From Eledone cirrhosa (lineage: Eukaryota), in contig OZ024744.1 in the NCBI GenBank assembly GCA_964016885.1, positions 113,026,001 through 113,090,000 on the forward strand: 64,000 nt of DNA. Direction: 5' to 3'. The position numbers and the translations under genes are program-made. Under the pieces are notes generated by a model, which worked only from the letters and a program-made list of their open reading frames with translations, was not told the origin of the DNA and did no database searches. Shown one piece after another: positions 25,996 to 37,044 of the stretch (its first letter is position 1; every line of letters begins with the position of its first letter).

Positions 25996-26522
25996 AGTGG
26001 TATTACTGTTATACTAAGTCAACCATCCAGTGGTATTACTGTTATACTAAGTCAACCAACCAGTGGTATTACTGTTATACTAAGTCAACCAACCAGTGGT
26101 ATTACTGTTATACTAAGTCAACCATCCAGTGTATTACTGTTATACTAAGTCAACCAACCAGTGGTATTACTGTTATACTAAGTCAACCAACCAGTGGTAT
26201 TACTGTTATACTAAGTCAACCATCCAGTGGTATTACTGTTATACTAAGTCAACCAACCAGTGGTATTACTGTTATACTAAGTCAACCAACCAGTGGTATT
26301 ACTGTTATACTAAGTCAACCATCCAGTGGTATTACTGTTATACTAAGTCAACCATCCAGTGGTATTACTGTTATACTAAGTCAACCATCCAGTGGTATTA
26401 CTGTTATACTAAGTCAACCAACCAGTGGTATTACTGTTATACTAAGTCAACCAACCAGTGGTATTACTGTTATACTAAGTCAACCATCCAGTGGTATTAC
26501 TGTTATACTAAGTCAACCATCC
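25996..26522. repeat. 33-bp minisatellite, about 16 copies
   Basis: Unit CAGTGGTATTACTGTTATACTAAGTCAACCA(A/T)C. Confidence 0.95.
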
Positions 26523-26784
26523 AACAACAGATTAGGTTTGTTTGGCTTCCACACAGTTTCTGCCTACCAGATCCACTGTGAAGACTTAGAATAACATGAC
26601 ACTATAGCAGAAGTTACTTGCTTCATGTATGAATGTGATATTGGGTGAGAAGGAATAGTCTTAACCACACAGCAATGCTTGCATCTCTTTGGGATTTCAT
26701 TTTTAATGTTTACACTTTTTCCTAAACATATCTTTTTTTTAAATCAGATTATTATTATTGTTACCGTTAACAATGATAATAATA

Positions 26785-26965
26785 ATTGTTTCTACTTTAG
26801 GCACAAGGCCAGCAAATTACCCAGTGCATTACTGGTACTTTATTTTATCGACCCCGTAAGGATGAAAGGCAAAGTTAACCTCAGCGGGATTTGAACTCAA
26901 ATCGTAAAGAGACGTAACTCTATGCTGGAAAGCAGGGCGTCCGACCCTCTACCGATACTGCCAAA
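26785..26965 (-). mobile_element. SINE family A
   Basis: Reverse complement of the family A consensus (GGTACTTTATTTTATCGACCCCGTAAGGATGAAAGGCAAAG). Confidence 0.85.
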
Positions 26966-27107
26966 ATAATAATGATAATAATAATTGTTTCTACTTTAGG
27001 CACAAGGCCAGCAATTACCCAGTACATTACTGGTACTTTAATAATAGTAATAGTAAAGCAGTGGATTGGCAAAATCAATTTGAACCTTTTTTTTTTTAAT
27101 TATTACG

Positions 27108-27322
27108 TGGATTGGCAGTATCGGTAGAGGGTCGGACGCCATGCTTTGCAGCATAGAGTTACGGCCCTTTACGGTCTGAGTTCAAATCCCACCTAGTTAA
27201 CTTTGCCTTTCATCCTTACGGGGGGTCGATAAAATAAAGTACCAGTAATGTACTGGGGTTGATTTAATCGACTTTTCCCCTCCCCCTAAAATTATTGGCC
27301 TTGTGCCTAAATCAGAAACCAT
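27108..27322 (+). mobile_element. SINE family A
   Basis: GTGGATTGGCAGTATCGGTAGAGGGTCGGACG...GGCCTTGTGCCTAAATCAGAAAC. Confidence 0.85.
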
Positions 27323-28304
27323 TATTATTATTATTACAGTTCACTTTTATTAGGGGATAAGGTATTGTTTTGTTTGTATTACAAAAGAATCCAAAACAGA
27401 CTTACTGACCTCGACTCCCCACCCCAACCTATCTCTCTCTCCCTGCTAAACTGAATAATAATAATGCTTTCTTTATTTATGATAATAATAATAATGAGAG
27501 CAATTATAATTACTATAGTAATTTTCTAATTTATTTTCAATGAATATATGCCACAAGATGTATTATCTGCCACCCACTACCATCACCACCCCACCATTAT
27601 TACCTTGTCATCTCCATTATTATCTCATAATACCCTCTCATTTCACATTTTTCATATCATCATCTTAATTTTTAAAATTATATCTTTTTTCATATTTTAA
27701 TGATTTGAAACTAGCGCAATACATGTTTTTATGCATGAATCATAATATATATATATATATGATGATGATGACCATCATCATTGTTTAACGTCCACTAGCA
27801 AGGGTTGGACAAGCCTACATAGACCAAGTCAGTACCAAAGTGAGGTTACTGATCTCCCAGACAGGCCAGAGATCTGTTGTCTCACTTATGTATTATTTCA
27901 CATTCTACTGAGTGCACAGAAGAGGATCTTTGATACAACTGAGGGCTGCTCCCAAACCCTTTGTTTAGAAAGTTGAAAGTTTTCTATGGTTGGATGCCCT
28001 TCCTATCACCAATGACTTTAGAATGAACTGGGTGTTTTTTATCATGTAGATCACCAACACTAGGGTGGTTGTCATATCTTTGACACAACTGAGGGCTGCT
28101 CCCAAACCCTTTCTCTGGCAGGCTTTCTATATATGTGTGTGTGTGTGTGTGGTCATCACCTATGCTAGCTACATCATGTTTATGTAATTATTTACATAAT
28201 TGACAGTACAGTCAACTGTAGTAATTGGTGATACCTACACAAGTGGTGAAGGACCATTGTCAGACCACATCTTCCTCACACTATTAACAAAAGCCATTAT
28301 TATT

Positions 28305-29125
28305 GTGGACTGGCAGTATCGGTAGAGGGTCGGACGCCATGCTTTGTCGCATAGAGTTACGGCCCTTTATGATCTGAGTTCAAATCCCGCCGACGTTAAC
28401 TTTGCCTTTCATCCTTACGGGGTCGATAAAATAAAGTACCAGTCACGCACTGGGGTTTATTTCATCGACTCCCTCCCCCCCCCCAAAATTGCTGGCCTTG
28501 TGCCTACATAAGAAACCATTATGGATTGGCAGTATTGGTAGAGGGTCGGACGCCATGCTTTGAAGCATAGAGTTACGTCCCTTCATGATCTGAGTTCAAA
28601 TCCCGCCGAGGTTAACTTTGCCTTTCATCCTTACGGGGTCGATAAAATAAAGTACCAGTAATACACTGGGATGATTGCTGGCCTTGTGCCAAAAAGTAGA
28701 AACAATTATTAATATTATCAAAGGCGGTGGATTGGCAAAATTGGTAGAGCGTCAGACAACATGCTTTGCAGTATTTAATTACATACCTTTATGTTCTGAG
28801 TTGGAATCCCACTGGGGTCAACTTGGCCTTTCATCTTTCCAGGGTTTTAATTAAATCAAGTACCAGTTAAGTACTGAGGAGGATTTATATAACCAACTTT
28901 CCTGTTGCCCCCAAACTGCTTGCTCCACGCTAATTGGGAGAATCGTTAGAGCATCAAATAAAACAGTTTGTGGTATTTTAGTCGCAACCATTTCAGTTCA
29001 AATTTTACTAAAGTAACTTTGCCTTCTTTCTAAGGACGATAAAATAAAGTAGCAGTCACGTACTGCAGGTTAACATAATCAACTAACTCCATACCTATAG
29101 TGTTCTGGCCCTTTACGTTAGCAAT
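28305..29125 (+). mobile_element. Head-to-tail cluster of four family A SINEs
   Basis: Copies at about 28305, 28523, 28723 and 28935; the last two are more diverged. Confidence 0.8.
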
Positions 29126-29388
29126 TATTATTTTAATATATATTTTTCTCATGTCTTTCTTACAACTTACCACAAATTATTCTGCATAACTATATCATAA
29201 CTATATCATTTATTATTTCAAACGCTTTCTTTTATTTTTTTTTTCTGTGTGTGCATGTGTATATATAATACACACACACACACACATGTGTATATATATT
29301 ACACACACACACACACACATGTGTATATATAATACACACACACACACACACATGCATCATCATTTTATGCTGCTTTTTCCATGCTAGC

Positions 29389-29419
<31 letters not shown>

Positions 29420-29472
29420 CATTATATATATATATATATATATATACATACATTATATATATATATACATAC

Positions 29473-29552
<80 letters not shown>

Positions 29553-29696
29553 TTGCTGGCCTTGTGCCTAAAGTAGAAACAATTATATATATATATATAC
29601 ATTATATATATATATGTATATATATATATATGTATATATATATATCTATATATATGTATATATATATATATATATATATCTATATATATATATGTG

Positions 29697-29745
<49 letters not shown>

Positions 29746-29764
29746 GTATATATGTATATATATG

Positions 29765-29797
<33 letters not shown>

Positions 29798-29800
29798 GTC

Positions 29801-29880
<80 letters not shown>

Positions 29881-29964
29881 CATACGTTATATATATATAC
29901 ATACGTTATATATATATACATACGTTATATATATATACATACGTTATATATATATATAGGAAAA

Positions 29965-30140
29965 TAGTCAGGACCCCGACGGCTGAGCTCCGGCCCTTTC
30001 GACAGCTAGGTCAAAACAGCCGGAGCTCAGCCGTCGGGGTCCTGACTCTTTTCCCATTACCCACTCTACAACCCTAAGTATCGGGTACTCTGGTGCGTTA
30101 TGGTCCACCTGGTTCCTTACCACACTTCCTTCATTATATA
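29965..30140. repeat. Short GC-rich hairpin element in (TA)n; related copy at 53205-53343 in opposite orientation
   Basis: GTCAGGACCCCGACGGCTGAGCTCCGGC...GCCGGAGCTCAGCCGTCGGGGTCCTGAC plus the shared flank GGTGCGTTATGGTCCACCTGGTTCCTTACC. Confidence 0.8.
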
Positions 30141-30142
30141 TA

Positions 30143-30176
<34 letters not shown>

Positions 30177-30324
30177 TATATATAAATATGTATATATATA
30201 TTATAGTTATATATATATATGTATATTTGTATATATATATATACACACATTATAGATATATATATATATTTATATACACATATATATATATATACCATGA
30301 TATTAAATAAATGGAAACTATATT

Positions 30325-30385
30325 TATTCTATTATATATATTTCAAGGGCACCAAAACTTTGGTACGCTTTCATCAGATAAAATA
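30325..30385 (-). ncRNA. Minimal type-I hammerhead ribozyme
   Basis: Exact reverse complement of 30516-30576. Confidence 0.75.
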
Positions 30386-30515
30386 CAAAGTTTGTTTTAT
30401 AAATATTGACATAACCAAGAAAAATACCTTAACAGTTCAAGTTTTTCTTGGATAGTTAACTGGAACCGTTAAGGTATTTTTCTTGGTTATGTCAATATTT
30501 ATAAAACAAACTTTG

Positions 30516-30576
30516 TATTTTATCTGATGAAAGCGTACCAAAGTTTTGGTGCCCTTGAAATATATATAATAGAATA
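30516..30576 (+). ncRNA. Minimal type-I hammerhead ribozyme
   Basis: tattttat-CTGATGA-aagcgtaccaa agtt ttggtgccctt-GAAAT atat ATA-atagaata. Confidence 0.78.
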
Positions 30577-30712
30577 AGTATGGTTTTATAAATATAGTTT
30601 CCATTTATTTAATATCATTGAATATTATACTCCAGAAAACTTGTTGAGTGCTTCGAATCAGTTATAAACATTTATATTTGTTGAATTACCAACAAATTGA
30701 ATATCCCTTATG

Positions 30713-30754
<42 letters not shown>

Positions 30755-31682
30755 ATATATATATATATGATGATTTATGTGTATATATATATATTTATGC
30801 ATAATATATATACATAAATATATATATATATAAATATATACACATAAATATATATACATAAATATATATATATATATATCATCATCATCATCACCGTTTT
30901 TTGGAAGAACGGACGTAAAACGGTGATGATGATGATGATATATATATATATATATTTATGTATATATATTTATGTGTATATATTTATATATTTATATATA
31001 TATATATATATTTATGTATATATATTATGCATAAATATATATATATACACATAAATCATCATCATCATCATTTGAAGCGGACATAAAATGAGGGTGATGA
31101 TGATGATTTATATGTGTATATATATATATATATTTATGCATATATATATATATATATTATATATATATATATATTATATTTATATATACATATATATATA
31201 TATATATATTAAAATAACAGATTAAAGTTTAAGCAAAGAATCACTGCGTTTGTGTGAGTATGCGGGTTCATAGATATGTAGGGTGTGTGTATATGTGTAC
31301 TTTGTGTTTTGGTTGACGTACGTTTCGCGAATGTTTAGCATATGTGTATTTACCTGTAGGTATGTGTGTGCGCACATTATATACGTATTTATGTGTGTAT
31401 ATTTATATACGCTTATATAATTATATGTATACACGCACACACACACATATATTTTTTTATATATAATTTCATGTGTATTTGGTGTATACGTTCGTATGTG
31501 TGTGGGTTCTGTATGTGCGTGCATGTTTTTTTGTGTACTGCTAGTATTTGCATACCCATGGCGGGTGTTTTCTCGTATGCATGTGATTGTACGTATATGG
31601 ATGCGTGCATGTATATATTTAATATTTGTTGATTTCGATTTTATTCTTAACTCTGAAGCTGGGGATCATTCGGTTTCCTAGA

Positions 31683-32100
31683 TAGAATTTTAGTCTACGA
31701 CTTCAGTTATACCATAAACGTGGTTTTGTCTTTGCGTGTAATTGTTCTCACTGTTCCTCATAATGACGTATTATCTTCGTTTTTTCCGTTCATTGTCAGA
31801 GAACGTCTCCATGAACCACCTAATAGAATATTAGTCTACGACTTCATTTATACCATAAACGTGGTTTTGTCTTTGCGTGTAATTGTTCTCACCGCTCCTC
31901 ATAATGACGTATTATCTTCGTTTTTTCCGTTCATTGTCAGAGAACGTCTCCATGAACCACCTAATAGTATATTAGTCTATGACTTCATTTATGCCATAAA
32001 CTTGGTTTTGTCTTTCTGTGTAAGTGATTTCACCGCTTCAAATAATGACGTATTATATTCGTTTTTTTTCCATTCTTTGCCAAGGAACGTTTCCACGAAC
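31683..32100. repeat. 141-bp tandem triplication
   Basis: TAG.AT.TTAGTCTA.GACTTCA recurs at 31683, 31824 and 31965. Confidence 0.9.
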
Positions 32101-32181
32101 CAAAGTATCGTCTTCCTGTCTTCCTTTGGTTGCAACGTTTTTCGAAATATTTACTTCTGCGTTTACAGATTGATTTTTTTT

Positions 32182-32232
32182 AGTTTCAGAAGATCCCGTT
32201 AAGGGTGAAAGCAGCGATTCTTTGCTTAAACT
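32182..32232 (+). ncRNA. Variant hammerhead motif (CAGAAGA core), same family as 14878
   Basis: agttt-CAGAAGA-t ccc gttaa ggg t-GAAAgcag cgattct ttgcTT-aaact. Confidence 0.45.
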
Positions 32233-32612
32233 TTAATCTGTTATTTTAATAAATATTTGCTCTACGGTTCTTATATATTTGATATATATTTATCCTTATC
32301 GAGCCCTCTTTGGATTTTAGTCTTCAAATTTATTATTATTACTATATATATATATATATATATATATTATATTTATATATATATAGACACACACACATTA
32401 TATATTCATATGTATATATATTATATATTTATATATATCATATATATATATATATTTATATATATCATATATATATACATATTTATATATATATACATAT
32501 ATATATATATTATATATATTATATTTATATATTATGTGTTTATATATATTATATATATAAGGGTAAAAGTAGCGATTCTTTGCTTAAACTTTAATCTGTT
32601 CTTATAATAAAT

Positions 32613-32667
<55 letters not shown>

Positions 32668-32859
32668 TATACATATATAATATACATATATATATATTTA
32701 TATATATATATATGTATATAACCAAAAGTTTATATGGTTCGTTGATTATTCAACGAATTCAATTTTACAACAGATTAGAAGCACTCAACAAAAATTTTTC
32801 TGGAGTATCTATAACATTATTCAAAATATTAATAAATGAGAAATATCATAACCAAAATA

Positions 32860-32926
32860 TATATTTTATTATACATATTTCAAAGGTACAATGGTGTGTC
32901 AGTACGTTTTCATCAGATAAAATATA
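32860..32926 (-). ncRNA. Minimal type-I hammerhead ribozyme
   Basis: Inverted copy of 33076-33142. Confidence 0.7.
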
Positions 32927-33075
32927 CAAGAGACTGGATATGAGACATACCGCTAAGGTACTGGAATCATCAATTGCTGTAGTGGCAAATGTTGAGGGTT
33001 GATGAAATAACTTACTGCACTACAGCAATTGATGATTCCAGTACCTTAGCGGTATGTCACATATACAATCTCTTA

Positions 33076-33142
33076 TATATTTTATCTGATGAAAACATAC
33101 TGACACACCATTGTACCTTTGAAATATGTATAATAAAATATA
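33076..33142 (+). ncRNA. Minimal type-I hammerhead ribozyme
   Basis: tatattttat-CTGATGA-aaacatac...gtaccttt-GAAAT atgt ATA-ataaaatata; perfect 10-bp stem I. Confidence 0.7.
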
Positions 33143-34017
33143 TACTTTGGTTATGATATTTCTCATTTATTAATATTTTGAATAATATTATATAGATATA
33201 TACACATACATACAGATATATTTGTTTATCACCATTCACCCATCACCAACCTATCAATACCACTTACATATTTAAGCTATTTATTAAAATAATGTATTTA
33301 TTTATTTATTTTATTTATTTTGTTAACATATTTATTCCCCTCCACCCCTCAAAGAATTACTGTTAATTCTTAAATTGCATTTATTTACACAGAGCCCACC
33401 TCTCTTTGCTATTTATCACCACACCAGCTGCACCCTCTACCTTTCATTTACACCTTAGAAATGAATTCTTCAAAGTTTTTCCTCACCTTCATCATCATTA
33501 TCATCATCATCTTTATTATTTTTCAAAAATCCATTTCGTAAACTTTAAAAAAAAAAAACTTTTAATCGATAACGAAAAAATAATTGTTTAATTTTTATTT
33601 TTCATATTTCTTGTTTTATTCTTTTCTTTCTTTTTCTTTACATTTTATTTATTTATTTGTTTATTTTTTTCTATTTATTTTGTTATTTTAGCGCTGAATT
33701 GTATATACATATATATATGTGTGTGTTTATGTGTATATATATATATAAACATGTGCACACACATATACATATATGCTGTTTTTTTAATCTATGTCCCCTA
33801 ATGTTGAGAGCTTCTTTCTTCAGAAATTTTTATAAAAATTTAAAACATATCTGAGGGGGTATTTTATTTATTTTTTCTATTTATAATTTTTTTATTAATA
33901 AGTAATCGATTAATTAAGTTAAATTTTCTGCAATAAGGACAGAATTAAGAAATTATCATTTCATTTTTTGTAAATCATTATGAATTTTTAATGTATATAT
34001 ATATATAAATACATACA

Positions 34018-34051
<34 letters not shown>

Positions 34052-34129
34052 TGTATGGTTGCAAGAAAAATTGTGTCCATAGGCGGTATGCCGGTTGAGC
34101 ATTAAATGCTCCCATAGAGCAGAGTAAAA

Positions 34130-34442
34130 TACTATAAGAATAAAGGAACAAAGATTCAGTGTTACATCATAACATATTTAATAACATATTACATATGTTT
34201 CACTATCAATCAGCTCGAGGAATGACCTATTATTGATCAAACCTGACTCTGTAATCGAAAGATCATCAAATATGTTTCCTATATGAGATGAGATTACATA
34301 GGAAACATAACTGATGATCTTTCGATTTCAGAGTCAGGTTTGATCAATAATAGGTCATTCCTCGAGCTGATTGATAGTGAAACATATGTAATATGTTATT
34401 AAATATGTTATGATGTAACACTGAATCTTTGTTCTTATAGTA
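34130..34442. mobile_element. Fold-back element (about 140-bp arms) carrying a hammerhead-like motif
   Basis: Arms are reverse complements. Right arm 34305-34396: acataa-CTGATGA-long stem II-GAAAC atat GTA-atatgt. Confidence 0.7.
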
Positions 34443-34459
34443 TTATATATATATATTTA

Positions 34460-34492
<33 letters not shown>

Positions 34493-34553
34493 CCCAAGGC
34501 TCTGATACCATCAACACTATAAACACAGAGCTGGCATATCTAAGAACTGACTA

Positions 34554-34609
34554 ACTGCCTGATGAGGTCATAGCCATTCAATGGTTATCATCGAAATATA
34601 TATAGCAGT
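34554..34609 (+). ncRNA. Minimal type-I hammerhead ribozyme
   Basis: actgc-CTGATGA-ggtcatagccat tca atggttatcatc-GAAAT atat ATA-gcagt, followed directly by AAATAAA. Confidence 0.8.
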
Positions 34610-34650
34610 AAATAAAGGATTATGAGTTCATGCAATTGACTTATGTTTCG

Positions 34651-34690
<40 letters not shown>

Positions 34691-34757
34691 GCCCCAGCAT
34701 GGCCTCAGCCGGATGGCTGGAACAGGTAAAAGAGTATACATATATATATTATACATA

Positions 34758-34814
<57 letters not shown>

Positions 34815-35294
34815 ATATATATATACATACAAACATACACATCCACACACACACATATATATATAGTGTATATATATATATATAAATATGTGTATGTTTG
34901 TATGTATGTTTTTTTTTTCCTTTTCCTTTCTCTTTTCATTTACTGAACCATTATCAATTATTATTATTATCATTATGATCACTATTATTATTATTATTGT
35001 TGTTGCTGCTGTTGTTATTGTTTTATGCTTCAAAAATTCATGTAATATTTCAGTCTCAATGCTTTGGCAATTTTTACTTGGAAACAAAAATGAGGATTTT
35101 GGCAGTGTTCTAATCCAGCGTATATATGAAGCTATCCGTCCATCGGATCCGTCCGTCTTAAGCTTATCTATTTCCATTAGTTATTTAGTTGGTTTCGAAC
35201 CATTGTTGATCAAGCTGGAGCACACTACCCCAACAGCTAGGTTTAGTCTAGATAGACAGAAGATATTTCTTTTATTAAAGATGCTATAGTCCAC

Positions 35295-36350
35295 TGGTCT
35301 AATACATCTGGTCTAATATATATCACAAGATCTAGTCTAATATAAACCACAAGATGTGGTCTAATATATACCACAAGATCTGGTCTAATATATATCACAA
35401 GATCTAGTCTAATATAAACCACAACATCTGGTCTAATATATACCACAAGATCTGGTCTGGTCTAATATATATATCACAAAATCTGATCTAATATATATCA
35501 CAAGATCTGGTCTAATATATATCACAAGATCTGGTCTAATATATATCACAAGGTCTGGTCTAATATATATCACAAGATCTAGTCTATCACAAGATCTGAT
35601 CTAATATATATCACAAGGTCTAGTCTAATATATATCACAAGATCTGGTCTAATATATATCACAAGATCTGGTCTAATATATATCACAAGGTCTAGTCTAA
35701 TATATATCACAAGATCTGGTCTAATATATATCACAAGATCTGGTCTAATATATATCACAAGATCTGGTCTAATATATATCACAAGATCTGATCTAATATA
35801 TATCACAAGATCTGGTCTAACATATATCACAAGATCTGGTCTAATATATATCACAAGATCTGGTCTAATATATATCACAAGATCTGGTCTAATATATATC
35901 ACAAGATCTGATCTAATATATATCACAAGGTCTAGTCTAATATATATCACAAGATCTGGTCTAATATATATCACAAGATCTAGTCTAATATATATCACAA
36001 GATCTGGTCTAACATATATCACAAGGTCTAGTCTAACATATATCACAAGATCTGGTCTAATATATATCACAAGATCTGGTCTAATATATACCACAAGATC
36101 TGGTCTAACATATATCACAAGATCTAGTCTAATATATATCACAAGATCTGGTCTAATATATATCACAAGATCTGGTCTAACATATATCACAAGGTCTAGT
36201 CTAATATATATCACAAGATCTGGTCTAATATATATCACAAGGTCTAGTCTAATATATATCACACGATCTGGTCTAATATATATCACACAAGGTCTAGTCT
36301 AATATATATCACAAGATCTGGTCTAATATATATCACAAGATCTGGTTTAA
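35295..36350. repeat. 24-bp minisatellite, more than 40 copies
   Basis: Unit TCTGGTCTAATATATATCACAAGA. Confidence 0.95.
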
Positions 36351-36981
36351 TATATATATCTATTACACTGAAACACAAAAACTACAGTAAGTGAAATTCA
36401 GATAAATTTCTCCTCCAGACCAAACCAAAGACACCACTATCCACCTTCCATTTTACTTCTTTATTTTAAAATTATTCTATTTTACCATTTGTCTTAACAT
36501 TTACGTGCTTCAAAAGATTATCTTGTTTTTACTATTGCCACACATTTACAAATGTTTCCCATATATTACCAACGTAATATTCTGTTTCTTCCTTCTCTGA
36601 AACCCACCCCCACCACCATGCCCTACAACACTTAAATTCGTCCATTTCTTTTATTCTGCATTTTCTTAAATTTAACACAAAAATGTTGTTGTGGACACAC
36701 AGACACACACACACACACTCACAAAATTAGATTAATTCATATTTTCATGTCGAATACACACGTTTCGCTGTGGTGTTATTTCTACAGTTCATCGATCTGA
36801 TATCTTAGATTGAACATATGAAAATGTGAATTTAATCTAATTTTGTATATTACAACTCAGACAGAGCAATCTACTAACTTTGAATATAAAAATATTTTCA
36901 TGTAATTCATTCACTATATATACATATATATATACATACATATATATATATATATACATACATATATATATATATACATAC

Positions 36982-37013
<32 letters not shown>

Positions 37014-37044
37014 ATGTGTGTATGTTAATAAATATGAAGACACG

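Larger units (their letters stand above)
30298..30715. mobile_element. Fold-back non-coding element with two inverted hammerhead copies
   Basis: About 30298-30445 is inverted at about 30462-30617; flanked by (TA)n; tail shared with the 32.7-33.2 kb element. Confidence 0.75.
32720..33195. mobile_element. Fold-back non-coding element with two inverted hammerhead copies
   Basis: About 32805-32984 is inverted at about 33017-33197; flanked by (TA)n. Confidence 0.75.

Noticed and set aside
36721-36846. Inverted-repeat-flanked hammerhead-like motif on the minus strand
   Set aside because: Core reads TCGATGA and stem I is poor; not supportable as a ribozyme.
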